From contig JAHHIM010000002.1 of NCBI GenBank assembly GCA_019358915.1, positions 126,308-190,307 on the forward strand: a DNA stretch of 64,000 bases, given 5' to 3'. The translations under genes were made by a program, and so were the position numbers. Positions 10,219-19,990 of the stretch are shown piece after piece. Under the pieces are notes generated by a model. The model had not been told where the DNA came from. It made no database searches and worked only from the letters and a program-made list of their open reading frames with translations. Origin of the DNA: Trichormus sp. ATA11-4-KO1. Lineage in GTDB: Bacteria; Cyanobacteriota; Cyanobacteriia; Cyanobacteriales; Nostocaceae. Position 1 is the first letter of the stretch, and every line of letters begins with the position of its first letter.

Positions 10219-11325
10219 GTGGTGAAAAGCTTCAATAGTCTGTTCGGCAAATCTAATAAAGGGGTGGGCATCGAACTTGCACCAGAACGGGTGAATGTAG
10301 TTCAGTTACGCAAGCAGCGCCAAGGCTTGAAATTAGAATCCTTAACATCAGTAGCAGTTCCAGAAGGTGTTGTTACTGATGGTCAAATCACCGACCCCCC
10401 TCAAATGGCGCAATTAATTCAGCAAGCACTGGCTGAGAGTAAAATTAAGGTTTCTCGTGTTGCTACTGGTGTACCAGGACGAGATTCGATTGTACGTCTG
10501 ATACCTGTGCCAGCTGAGTTGGATGACAAAGAACTACGGGAGATGGTGTTAAACCATGAAGCAAGTTTATATTTGCCCTATCCCCGTGAAGAAGCTGATG
10601 TAGATTATCAGAAACTTGGGTATTTTGTAGATGAGGATGGCATTGAAAAGGTACAGGTATTGCTAGTTGCCACCCGTAAGGAGGTGACAGATACCTATAT
10701 TAGTACGTTTGAACAGGCAGGATTGCAAATCGACATTTTAGAGATTAACAGTTTTGCGTTGATTCGGACAATTCGCGAACAACTGCGACAATTCGGGCCG
10801 CAAGAAGCCGCAGTAGTAGTTGACATAGAGTTTGACAGCACAGAAATAGCCATCGTCATTAACGGAGTACCGCAATTTTCGCGCACCGTGCCCATAGGCA
10901 CTTATCAAATGCAAATGGCAATGGCTAGGGCGATGAGTTTGCCTACATCACGAGATATGGAATTGTTACAGGGAATGGTGATTCCCCCAACTCCCATAGA
11001 TGGTGGGCAAACTGGGATGACTGAAGTCAATCCCAGTCTGGCAGCTTTGTTGAGAGTTTTAGGAGAACTCACAGATGAGTTGCGCCGTTCCATTGATTTT
11101 TACCTAAATCAGAGTGAAAACTTGGAGGTAGCGCAGATTTTCTTAGCTGGGCCAGGAGGCGGACTGCAACAGCTAGATGAGTTTTTTACTCAACGATTGA
11201 GCTTGCCAACTACCCAAATCGATCCGATTGTGTCTTTATCCTTGGAAATTGATGAAGAAAAGTATCCCACAGCAAAACGTTCTGGCTTAGGGATAGTACT
11301 TGGTTTAGGAATGCGGGGGGTGTAA
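10219..11325 (+). CDS. pilM: Type IV pilus assembly protein PilM
   Basis: Actin-like fold: VGIEL, VDYQ, VLLVATRK, ELRRSIDFY, FLAGPGG, LGLGMR. Confidence 0.95.
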   Translation: MVKSFNSLFGKSNKGVGIELAPERVNVVQLRKQRQGLKLESLTSVAVPEGVVTDGQITDPPQMAQLIQQALAESKIKVSRVATGVPGRDSIVRLIPVPAELDDKELREMVLNHEASLYLPYPREEADVDYQKLGYFVDEDGIEKVQVLLVATRKEVTDTYISTFEQAGLQIDILEINSFALIRTIREQLRQFGPQEAAVVVDIEFDSTEIAIVINGVPQFSRTVPIGTYQMQMAMARAMSLPTSRDMELLQGMVIPPTPIDGGQTGMTEVNPSLAALLRVLGELTDELRRSIDFYLNQSENLEVAQIFLAGPGGGLQQLDEFFTQRLSLPTTQIDPIVSLSLEIDEEKYPTAKRSGLGIVLGLGMRGV

Positions 11326-11329
11326 GAAA

Positions 11330-12100
11330 ATGTACAGTTTGGATATTAACTTTCTTAAAGACCGCCCAATTTATCAGAAAAATCCTCACAAAAGCAGAGG
11401 AATCACATTACCCTCTGGGGATTTAACACCAGTGTATGTGGGAGTTGCCTTAGGTCTGTGTTTTCCAGCTTTTGTCGGAACCAGTTGGTGGTTTTTACAA
11501 GCGAAAAATAGCGAATTAGAGCAGCAAATAGCACAACTAGATCAGGAAAACAAGAGGTTAGAAACTGAGATTGGCAATATTAACAAAATTCGAGAAGAGA
11601 CGAAAAGAGTCAAAGCAGAAACACAAGGCTTAGTCACAGTATTTGATCAGATTCGTCCTTGGTCAGCTATGTTACAAGATTTGCGCGATCGCATACCAGC
11701 GACAGTACAAATTGAAAACGTTAAGCAACTTCCACCCACTCCCGCAGCCCAAGGACAGCCACCCAGTAATCCGGCTGGAGGATTAGAAGTTACAGGACTA
11801 GCTCGTTCTTTTAATGATGTCAATGATTTCTTATTGACTCTACAACAGTCTCAATTCTTAAAATCCTCAGAAAGCAGGATTATCACCGCCACTTTAGTAG
11901 ATGCACCAATACCACCAGGGATTAATCCCTCTGCTAATGGTGTGCAAATTAAACTACCCCAAGTAGTCAAATACACCATTCAATCAAGTCTAAGTGATGT
12001 TCCAGCTTCTGAGTTAATTCGGGAGTTAGAGCAAAAAGGCACGGTTGGATTAGTAAGTCGAATTCGTAGTATGCAACAAACAGGAGTCATTTCCAAATGA
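11330..12100 (+). CDS. pilN: Type IV pilus assembly protein PilN
   Basis: N-terminal DINFL motif, one TM helix, coiled coil; operon position. Confidence 0.93.
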   Translation: MYSLDINFLKDRPIYQKNPHKSRGITLPSGDLTPVYVGVALGLCFPAFVGTSWWFLQAKNSELEQQIAQLDQENKRLETEIGNINKIREETKRVKAETQGLVTVFDQIRPWSAMLQDLRDRIPATVQIENVKQLPPTPAAQGQPPSNPAGGLEVTGLARSFNDVNDFLLTLQQSQFLKSSESRIITATLVDAPIPPGINPSANGVQIKLPQVVKYTIQSSLSDVPASELIRELEQKGTVGLVSRIRSMQQTGVISK

Positions 12101-12864
12101 CGCTGAGTGAAGATTTCAATTTTGTAGACCAAGGTGGGGAATTCGGTTCAGAAACACCAGCCTATCCTGTTGTTTTTGGTATTAGCTTCACACCCAAAAT
12201 TATCGGCATTTTAGTAGGAGTTTTGGGAATTGCTGGAGCGGTGTATATGCTGATGAATATGGTAATGCCCGCTTGGGAGACCTATCAGCAGCAGCAGGCA
12301 CAAAGCAACGACCTACAAGGGCAAATTGAGCAAAAAAAAGCCAGTATTAAAGAAATTGAAAAAGTAAAAGAGGAATTAGCTCAGGCGAAACAGCAAACAA
12401 TCCAGGTTTTAAGTTTATTTGCTAATGAAAAAACCTTAGATACATTGCTACTGGATTTGAATCGGTTAGTTGAGTCTGGCAATTCTCAAATTCCTGCCAA
12501 CGCTGTGAGAGCCAAACTACAAAAGTTTGTGCCAGCTTCACAGCAAGCCGAACCAATTAATGATGGCTCTCTTGGAGCCATAGTTGATGGCAAATTAAAA
12601 CGCAGTAGCGTTAATGTCGAAGTTGTTGGCACTTTTGAACAAACGCAATCGATTATTCGTAATATCGAGCGTTTGCAGCCTTTGTTAATAGTTAAAGACT
12701 ATCAAGCGACATTGGCTCCCGAACAGGCTAAAGATCCATCAAGTAAAGAAGTACGTAGGATAGGGCCTGCACCGATTACTACATCCTTCCAACTACAGGC
12801 GTTGATGCCACTTAATTCAGAAGAAGTAGCGGCTGCGGCTGAAGCTGCAAAAACTAAACAATAA
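12097..12864 (+). CDS. pilO: Type IV pilus assembly protein PilO
   Basis: TM plus coiled coil, GTFEQTQSIIRNIERLQPLL; 4-nt overlap with pilN. Confidence 0.9.
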   Translation: MTLSEDFNFVDQGGEFGSETPAYPVVFGISFTPKIIGILVGVLGIAGAVYMLMNMVMPAWETYQQQQAQSNDLQGQIEQKKASIKEIEKVKEELAQAKQQTIQVLSLFANEKTLDTLLLDLNRLVESGNSQIPANAVRAKLQKFVPASQQAEPINDGSLGAIVDGKLKRSSVNVEVVGTFEQTQSIIRNIERLQPLLIVKDYQATLAPEQAKDPSSKEVRRIGPAPITTSFQLQALMPLNSEEVAAAAEAAKTKQ

Positions 12865-12866
12865 AA

Positions 12867-12946
12867 GTGCTGAGTGCTGAGTGCGGCTCGACTGACTTGT
12901 ACTGAGCCTTGTCGAAGTAGCTTCGCCGAACGTCTGAGTGCTGAGT
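12867..12946 (+). repeat. GTGCTGA heptamer tract with two nested small dispersed repeats
   Basis: Outer 12885-12895 plus 12920-12934; inner CTTGTACTGAGCCTTGTCGAAGTA at 12896-12919. Confidence 0.8.
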
Positions 12947-13112
12947 AGTGCTTGACTCACCTACAGGCTAAAGCCTGGGGCTAAACAAACAAAGCCTGCC
13001 TAAGCAGGCTAATTAGGCGCATCTTTATCTAAAAATGGTGTCACTACTGACAACAGTGTAACTACTCAAAGATTGTTGATGAACAGGTGTTTTATAAAGT
13101 GAGGAATGAACT

Positions 13113-15389
13113 GTGAAACAGCTTCACGGTAATAGTGTAATATTAGGCGCTGCCGCTTTTGTATTTTTGGCAGCTCAACCCGCGCGGGCCCAGATTGCTC
13201 AAGTCACTGGAGTCAAGCTTAATCCCGTTAATAATGGAATTAGCGTTGTTTTGAAAACTTCCTCAGGGTCGCGCCCGCAAGTTTTCACGACACAAAGAGG
13301 CAACGCTTTAGTCGCAGATATTATTAATACTCAACTACGTTTACCGCAAGGTAATAATTTTCGCCAAGATAACCCGGCTGCGGGAATTGCCTCGGTTCAA
13401 GTTATGCAACTTGATGCTAATAGCATTCGAGTGATGGTGACTGGCAGTAATAACATCCCCACTAGTCAACCTGTGGTGCGAAAGCAAGATGAAATTACTC
13501 TCAGCTTTACCCCATCTTCAACCACCGCATCAACAGCAAATCCACCAAGACCGGCAGCCCCGCCTGCTTCTACCCCAGCCCAACCTAGTCAAAATGTTTT
13601 GGTTCCTAACCCACAAGTCTCAATTGACGGTAGACCTGCTCTGCCTGCTGGCCCTGGTCAACCTCTGAGTCAAGCACCTCCATTCTTACCCAGAGCAGTA
13701 GCCCCACCAGTGGGAGATATCGCTATTTCCGCTACAGATGCGTCTCCCAGCACCATTGACTTAGGAACTCAAGAACGTGTACCCCGCCTAGTTTTGAGAG
13801 ATGCACCAGTCCGTGAGGTTTTGTCATTACTTGCCCGTGCGGCTGGTCTGAACCTGGCTTATGTAGGTGGTGAGCAAGCTGCTGGAGGTCAGCAAGGTGC
13901 TGCTGCTGAAGGTCAAGCAAGTTCTCAAACAATTTCTTTAGATATAGAAAATGAGCCGGTGCAAGATGTATTTAACTACGTTTTGCGCCTTAGTGGTTTA
14001 GAAGCGAACCGCAGTAATCGCACAATTTTCGTGGGGCCTAGTTTACCTAACTCCACCCGCGATGTAGTTATGCGTAGCTTGCGACTCAATCAGGTAACTG
14101 TGGGAGTTGCACTCAACTTTTTAGTCGGCTTGGGTGCAGAAAGTGCCGTTAGCCGCGAACGTCAAGTTACTAGTGTGAATGCTGTGCCTGTGGGTAGTGG
14201 AGCTGCTCCCATTACTCAAACTCAAACAACTACAGAGACCAGACTGGAAACTCAGCGTGCTGAATTTAAAGACTCAAAGCCTTTACTGAGAGGTTTACAA
14301 GCATTAGGGGATGAGCGCACCAATTCTCTAACCTTGATTGGCCCTCCTAGGCAAGTTGAGATGGCAATGACTCAACTCAGTCAACTTGATATCCGTCGTC
14401 GTCAAGTGGCAGTTAACGTGAGGATTATTGATGTTAACCTTTTAAATATCCAAGACAAGAATGCTAGTTTTTCCTTTGGGATTGGTAATAACTTCTTTAG
14501 CAACGACGGTGGTGCTGCTACTTTAAATTTTGGTGGTTCTAGACCAGCTAACCGTGATGAAGTCCGAAATAATTTGACTGGTAGACCTGTTACTCCTAAT
14601 CCACTTCAAGATGGTAACATTTTTTTCAACCCACCTAATCCACCTAGGGCGGGAGTAAGCACTAATCCACTAGAACCCGGTATTATAGAAAATAATGATG
14701 AAGGAAGACCTACTTATGGACTTCCTAGCTTATTCCAATTTCCTCGTAGACTTCTTGCAACTTTGCGGGCTGAGGTAACAAATGGTAATGCCAAAATTTT
14801 GACTGACCCAACCTTAATTGTTCAAGAAGGTCAAACCGCTAATGTCAACTTGACACAGGAAGTAGTAGGTAATATTACAAGGGAAATAGTTCGTGATGCT
14901 AATCTTGCTACAGAAACGATTTCAGCTGAAAAAGAGCAAGTAGGTTTAACCTTAGCGGTAAAAGTTGACCGAATTGACGATAACGGTTTTGTCTCTTTAT
15001 CCGTGGCTCCTGTAGTCAAAGCACCCGTAGCCCCAGCTAGTATCAATGTTGGTGGTGGTGGTAGTCAACAAATATTTTTAGTATCTGAGCGCTCTTTAAA
15101 TTCTGGTGTAGTTCGCTTACGAGATGGTCAGACGCTAATTCTTTCAGGTATTATTCAAGACTCAGACCGAACAACTGTTTCTAAAATCCCCCTCTTGGGT
15201 GATCTGCCACTAATTGGTTCGTTATTTAGATCAACAAACAGACAGAATCAGCGTAATGAGGTGATTGTGTTGTTGACACCTCAGGTAATGGATGACTCTG
15301 AGAACTCTGCCTATGGCTATAATTACAGCCCCAGCCCAGAGGTGCGGCAAATGCTTGAGCGTCGTGGGTTGAGTGCGCCTCGGCGATAA
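13113..15389 (+). CDS. pilQ: Type IV pilus secretin PilQ (AMIN domain + secretin)
   Basis: Signal peptide, AMIN-like N-terminus, DERTNSL, KILTDPTL, DGQTLILSG, KIPLLGDLPLIGSLFR, VLLTP. Confidence 0.95.
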   Translation: MKQLHGNSVILGAAAFVFLAAQPARAQIAQVTGVKLNPVNNGISVVLKTSSGSRPQVFTTQRGNALVADIINTQLRLPQGNNFRQDNPAAGIASVQVMQLDANSIRVMVTGSNNIPTSQPVVRKQDEITLSFTPSSTTASTANPPRPAAPPASTPAQPSQNVLVPNPQVSIDGRPALPAGPGQPLSQAPPFLPRAVAPPVGDIAISATDASPSTIDLGTQERVPRLVLRDAPVREVLSLLARAAGLNLAYVGGEQAAGGQQGAAAEGQASSQTISLDIENEPVQDVFNYVLRLSGLEANRSNRTIFVGPSLPNSTRDVVMRSLRLNQVTVGVALNFLVGLGAESAVSRERQVTSVNAVPVGSGAAPITQTQTTTETRLETQRAEFKDSKPLLRGLQALGDERTNSLTLIGPPRQVEMAMTQLSQLDIRRRQVAVNVRIIDVNLLNIQDKNASFSFGIGNNFFSNDGGAATLNFGGSRPANRDEVRNNLTGRPVTPNPLQDGNIFFNPPNPPRAGVSTNPLEPGIIENNDEGRPTYGLPSLFQFPRRLLATLRAEVTNGNAKILTDPTLIVQEGQTANVNLTQEVVGNITREIVRDANLATETISAEKEQVGLTLAVKVDRIDDNGFVSLSVAPVVKAPVAPASINVGGGGSQQIFLVSERSLNSGVVRLRDGQTLILSGIIQDSDRTTVSKIPLLGDLPLIGSLFRSTNRQNQRNEVIVLLTPQVMDDSENSAYGYNYSPSPEVRQMLERRGLSAPRR

Positions 15390-15397
15390 GATAAGAA

Positions 15398-15584
15398 GCC
15401 CTGGCGAATGGAATTCGCGGCTATACAAACCAAGTCCGCCTGCGCGGACTAATAGGAATTCAAACCCGCGTAAGTGGTTACTGAGCGGCTCAAGTGACTT
15501 GTACTGAGCCTTGTCGAAGTAGCCTTCGCCGAACTCTTGTCGAAGTGCGGGTTTTGTCTGTGTAGACGCGGTTTCTAACCGCCG
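15398..15584. repeat. REP-like palindromic element containing three nested ~24-nt repeats
   Basis: GAATTCGCGGCTATACAAAC...AGTCCGCCTGCGCGGACT...AAACCCGCGTAA[inserts]GCGGGTTTTGTCTGTGTAGACGCGG. Confidence 0.75.
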
Positions 15585-15615
15585 ATGTCACTCAAATCAA
15601 AAATCTAGAATTAGC

Positions 15616-16113
15616 TTACCATCCCCAAGTACCAGGACTTCCCTTGAACGGCCCAACAACATCACTGGTAACCCAACCGCCATAAAAATTACCTGGTTGC
15701 GGTTCTACTTTTTCTCCATCGACGTAGCAAGCATCCATAAGATGAGCATAAAAAGCTAGATAATCTTTGATAGATGCAAAGGTTGGTGTGGGATGAGGAT
15801 AAAACCAAGCAGCATTGTTGACTTCTTTGTCACCAACGCGGATTGTGTAGTAATTAGCAGGCCCTTTCCATTCGCAAAAACTAGATTGCGGTGTTTGCAA
15901 TAAATATTCCATTTTGATATCTGTTGGAGGGATGTAGTAAGAGGGTGGATGACTTGTTTCTAAAACACGCTTGGCGCTGTGGGTATCTGCAATTGTGACT
16001 CCATTAAAAATTATCTGGATATGTTTGCTGGTATCTTCTAGACGAGGGGGACGAGGGTAATCCCAAACTGATTCTTGTCCGGGAGCAGGATTAATACGTT
16101 GGGGGTATACCAT
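15616..16113 (-). CDS. DUF427 domain protein (long form)
   Basis: ESVWDYPRPP, RVLETSHPP.YYIP, SFCEWKG, FYGGW. Confidence 0.9.
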   Translation of the reverse strand: MVYPQRINPAPGQESVWDYPRPPRLEDTSKHIQIIFNGVTIADTHSAKRVLETSHPPSYYIPPTDIKMEYLLQTPQSSFCEWKGPANYYTIRVGDKEVNNAAWFYPHPTPTFASIKDYLAFYAHLMDACYVDGEKVEPQPGNFYGGWVTSDVVGPFKGSPGTWGW

Positions 16114-16235
16114 AATAAGCAGTTGGGCAAAATTAAATTTATTTGTGTTTAATTATTTACGTCTACGTCGTTCTACTTAATCACCCTAAATCCTAACACC
16201 AGTAGGGGGAGTCGGTGCTTTGGTATTGTGTGAGG

Positions 16236-17228
16236 TTACTGAGCAACTTTGGGTGCAAACATCAAGTAAGTTCCTCCTAAACCTTCGACAATTGTGCGTG
16301 TATTAGCTACCATCATTTTCTGATAAGTATCTCCGTCGCTTCCTGCTTCCCCAAACCCATTGGTATACAGTTGCCTTTGTGATACTTTCACATTTGCTTC
16401 TCTAGCTACAGATTGAATTAATTGGGGATTAGTTGTTGTCTTGGGAAAAATTGTTGGTACTTGAGCCTGCTGAATATTTTTCACCCAATTTTGGAATTGT
16501 GCATTTGTCGGTTTTTTATCATGACTGATATCTGTTAAGCCTCCTGCCAAAGCTATTCCGTATGCTTTGCTGTAATAACCCAGTGCATCACTGGTTGTTA
16601 CTAGTTTGCGTTGATTAGCAGGAATACTAGCAATTCTCGACTTGATCCAACTATCCAACTGGGTTAGTTCATTTTTAATTGCTTTTGCATTACTGCTATA
16701 AATTGTGGCATTAGTGGGTGCTAATTTACCCAAATGGTTGCTAATTAACTCCACCATGCTGATAGCATTCTTGGCATCATGCCAAATATAAGGGTTAGTT
16801 AATTTTTTGCCAGATTCCTGATATTGCTGTGGCTGGGGAACCGCAAGTTGCCCAACAGCTATTTTGGGTGCGGGGTTTTGAGTTTCTTTAATGATTTTGA
16901 TTAATCCTGGTTCAAAATTATAACCACTGTAGAGAATCAAATTAGCTTGTTCAATAGCTTGACGGTCTTCAGTTATTGGTCGATAGATTTGCGGATCTGT
17001 ACCAGGAGGAACCAAACAGATGAGATTAATTGTATTTTCGGCAATCTGTCTAGTTAAGTTACAAAGTACACTTGTAGTAGCTACTACTTGGGGAAGATTC
17101 TCGTCTATTCTGGTGGTGGTTTGAGTGAATGAGGTGCTTGCAGCTTGATTGCCACAACCAAACAATCCAATTGTTAAGACGACAAAGGTAGCTCGTAAGG
17201 AATTATTTGATGGTGATTTTTTTAGCAT
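16236..17228 (-). CDS. Zn/Mn ABC transporter substrate-binding family lipoprotein (metal ligands appear substituted)
   Basis: Lipobox LFGC, VVATTSVL, A.LILY.GYNFE, RKLVTT.DALGYY, TYQKMM..NT; ZnuA/TroA fold. Confidence 0.85.
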   Translation of the reverse strand: MLKKSPSNNSLRATFVVLTIGLFGCGNQAASTSFTQTTTRIDENLPQVVATTSVLCNLTRQIAENTINLICLVPPGTDPQIYRPITEDRQAIEQANLILYSGYNFEPGLIKIIKETQNPAPKIAVGQLAVPQPQQYQESGKKLTNPYIWHDAKNAISMVELISNHLGKLAPTNATIYSSNAKAIKNELTQLDSWIKSRIASIPANQRKLVTTSDALGYYSKAYGIALAGGLTDISHDKKPTNAQFQNWVKNIQQAQVPTIFPKTTTNPQLIQSVAREANVKVSQRQLYTNGFGEAGSDGDTYQKMMVANTRTIVEGLGGTYLMFAPKVAQ

Positions 17229-17658
17229 CTTTAACTCCTCGTTGGATGTATAAAAAAGTCAATCATTTTAATGTGGTAAATGTGGTGATTTTAGTGCTTA
17301 TTGCTCATATAAATGAATCTAAGGCAATTGTAGTAGCAGTTTGGGAAAGTGTGGGCACATATGTGTGACAAAATCAGCAAATTAGCGAATTTTCAAGGAC
17401 GTGAAGTGTGTGCCTGAGTGCATTCGCCGACATTACAATTTGAGTTATGCTTTTTTGATCAACCATTTGTCTAGATTGATACAAAAAAGCAAAGATATCA
17501 GATATAGCGTAGGTGCAAGATATAAAATAAAGTCGAGCTAAGAACAAATAGTTAGGGTAGCACCACACTGATCTTCTCTTGCCAACCAACCTTTAACACC
17601 TTCATTAACAGTGATAAAGGGTTTTTTATGGTTTTTTTCATAACTTATTCGACTCTTT

Positions 17659-17682
17659 GACACCAGCATTTGTGCTGGTGTC
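17659..17682. terminator. Perfect 10-bp hairpin just downstream of ubiD
   Basis: GACACCAGCA-TTTG-TGCTGGTGTC; no clear U-tract. Confidence 0.45.
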
Positions 17683-17689
17683 CTAATTG

Positions 17690-19198
17690 CTAACGCATAT
17701 CATAGCCGAACAAATTCGGATCAACTTCCCCTAGTTGCAAATTCGCTAAACCATATTCTGCCCATCTTCTGTCTACCATTGCGGCTACATTGGGATCTGA
17801 CTCTAAAGGCGCACCCCATTCATGATCGGTTTCTGGTGGAATTTTGGTGGTAGCATCGATTCCCATGCGTCCACCTAAACCAATCTTTTCACTGGCAAAA
17901 TCTAAGGTATCAAATGGTGTATTTGGCAAAATAAAGACATCTCGTGTGGGGTCAACTTTGGAACTAATAGCCCACACAACTTGACGCGGATCACGAATAT
18001 TTATGTCTTTATCTACGACAATCACAAATTTGGTGTATGTAAATTGTGGCAAAGCACTCCAAAACGCCAAAGCTGCTCGTCGCGCTTGTCCCGGATATGC
18101 TTTATCAATGGAGATAATCGCTGCTTTGTAACTCAAAGCTTCCATTGGTAAGAAGAAATCAACAATTTCTGAGACTTGTTGCCGCAGAATGGGAGTGTAA
18201 ATACGATTGAGCGCGATCGCCATCATCGCTTCTTCTTTGGGTGGACGGCCACTAAATGTTGTTAAATAAATTGGATCTTTGCGGTGTGTCATACACTCGA
18301 AGCGAATCAATGGTGAATCTTCTACACCACCGTAGTAACCCATGTGATCACCAAAAGGCCCATCTGGCAAGACTTCTCCTGGTGTAATTGTGCCTTCTAA
18401 GACAAACTCAGCATCGGCGGGAACTTCTAAATCTACAGTTTTACATTTTGCCAATTGCACACCGGAACCGCCGTAAAGTCCAGCAAACAGCCATTCTGAT
18501 AAATCTACAGGTATGGGTGTAGCAGCTGCCATAATAATTAGAGGATCTACACCAAGGGCGATCGCTACTTCTAATTTTTGACCACGTTCAGCAGCTTTTC
18601 GCAAATGCCTAGCCCCACCCCGCACTGATAACCAGTGAACGGTCATGGTATTTTTGGATTGCAGTTGCAGGCGATACACACCTACATTTGGTGTACCAGT
18701 CTCACAATCTCTAGTAATTACTAATCCTAGGGTAATAATTCTGCCAGCATCACCAACATATGGGCGTATTAAGGGTAACTTGTGCAAATTTAAATCATCG
18801 CCTTGAATCACCACTTGCTGACAAGCTGGGAAAAAGTCTCGTCCTGGTTTAGCCTTAACTACGTCAAATAGCACTTTGCCAAAATCTATCGCCTGGGAAA
18901 TCTTTTTCGGCGGTTTTGGTTGTTGCAGCATACTCAGCTTTTTACCTAGAGTTTCTAATTCCTCTGGATGCTGCATATTCATCGCCCAGCAAATTCTTTC
19001 CACAGTTCCCATCAAATTTACTGCCACCGGGAAAGATGCACCTTTGACGTTTTCAAATATTAACCCTGGCCCCCCTTGTTGCAGCATTCGGTTGGAAATC
19101 TCGGCGATTTCCAACTCTGGGTCAACTAAAGCTGAAATTCGCTGTAATTGCCCTTTTTGTGCCAAAATTTTGATAAATCCCCGTAAATCTCTTGCCAT
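17690..19198 (-). CDS. ubiD: UbiD family decarboxylase (4-hydroxy-3-polyprenylbenzoate decarboxylase, plastoquinone pathway)
   Basis: DLRGFI, NVGVYRLQ, VPADAEFVLEG, DGPFGDHMGYY, GRPPKEE, MGIDAT. Confidence 0.93.
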   Translation of the reverse strand: MARDLRGFIKILAQKGQLQRISALVDPELEIAEISNRMLQQGGPGLIFENVKGASFPVAVNLMGTVERICWAMNMQHPEELETLGKKLSMLQQPKPPKKISQAIDFGKVLFDVVKAKPGRDFFPACQQVVIQGDDLNLHKLPLIRPYVGDAGRIITLGLVITRDCETGTPNVGVYRLQLQSKNTMTVHWLSVRGGARHLRKAAERGQKLEVAIALGVDPLIIMAAATPIPVDLSEWLFAGLYGGSGVQLAKCKTVDLEVPADAEFVLEGTITPGEVLPDGPFGDHMGYYGGVEDSPLIRFECMTHRKDPIYLTTFSGRPPKEEAMMAIALNRIYTPILRQQVSEIVDFFLPMEALSYKAAIISIDKAYPGQARRAALAFWSALPQFTYTKFVIVVDKDINIRDPRQVVWAISSKVDPTRDVFILPNTPFDTLDFASEKIGLGGRMGIDATTKIPPETDHEWGAPLESDPNVAAMVDRRWAEYGLANLQLGEVDPNLFGYDMR

Positions 19199-19422
19199 CG
19201 TTCTATCAAGGTGAATATTTAAGAAATGTGAAGCGCTCTCTTATATTATTCATCATTAGTCACTCTCCCATTCCCCTCATCTCTCTCATCAGGACGATTA
19301 TTAGTTTTAACGGTAAATTAACCTAGTAACTGACTTTCCTTAACCATTAAATTGCAGGAATCTAGTTATTTTAATTAAGGATAGGCATTATTTGTTACAA
19401 ATAAGCACTACCCTAATCAAAC

Positions 19423-19620
19423 ATGGCAAGAATATACAATACCTTCCTGGCAGGTGGTCTTGTAATGTGGCCCCTGCTAGTTTTGTTTATTCTTACCTTT
19501 GGCTGTGTCTGTAAATGTCACACAGCAGGGGTGGTTTTTTCAGCTCATTACCTGACTAAAGCATGGATGTATGAGCTACCTATGCAAGTTGATTCAGGTA
19601 CACGAAGAGTGCTGAGTTAA
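19423..19620 (+). pseudogene. Possible MotA/TolQ/ExbB N-terminal remnant
   Basis: FLAGGLVMWPLLVL matches the ExbB first-TM motif GG.VM.PL; the frame then degenerates and ends in repeats. Confidence 0.45.
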
Positions 19621-19707
19621 AAAACCGCCCACACTTCGACAACCTCAGTGACCACAATTCGCGTTACTTGTACCGAGTGCGAAAGTCCTTCCTTCTTCTT
19701 CTTTTGA

Positions 19708-19762
19708 CTCAGCACTCCCCTTCGGCTTCGCTCAGGGCAAGCGCACTCAGCACTCAGCACTG
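19708..19762 (-). repeat. GTGCTGA tract with CTTGCCCTGAGCGAAGCCGAAGGG insert
   Basis: Same composite as at ~44264-44320 and ~57514-57560. Confidence 0.8.
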
Positions 19763-19990
19763 AGTAAGGTCAAATTAATTATTAAAATTGTATCTCCCTA
19801 CAGTTAGATAAAAATATTATTTTGGTAGCAACTATAATGTGACCTACGCTAGAGGCGAACCACTGTTTTTATTCGTAACCTTGATAAGGGTTATTAAATG
19901 TTTGCCAAGCAAGTAAAACAGAAGTCAACACTTGCTAATTATCCAAAATATTAAGCAGATAAATAGCCTTTTTTCTTTTGCCAGGAGGAC

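Noticed and set aside
12865..13112. Absence of pilP between pilO and pilQ
   Set aside because: pilMNOQ without a recognisable pilP is the usual cyanobacterial arrangement
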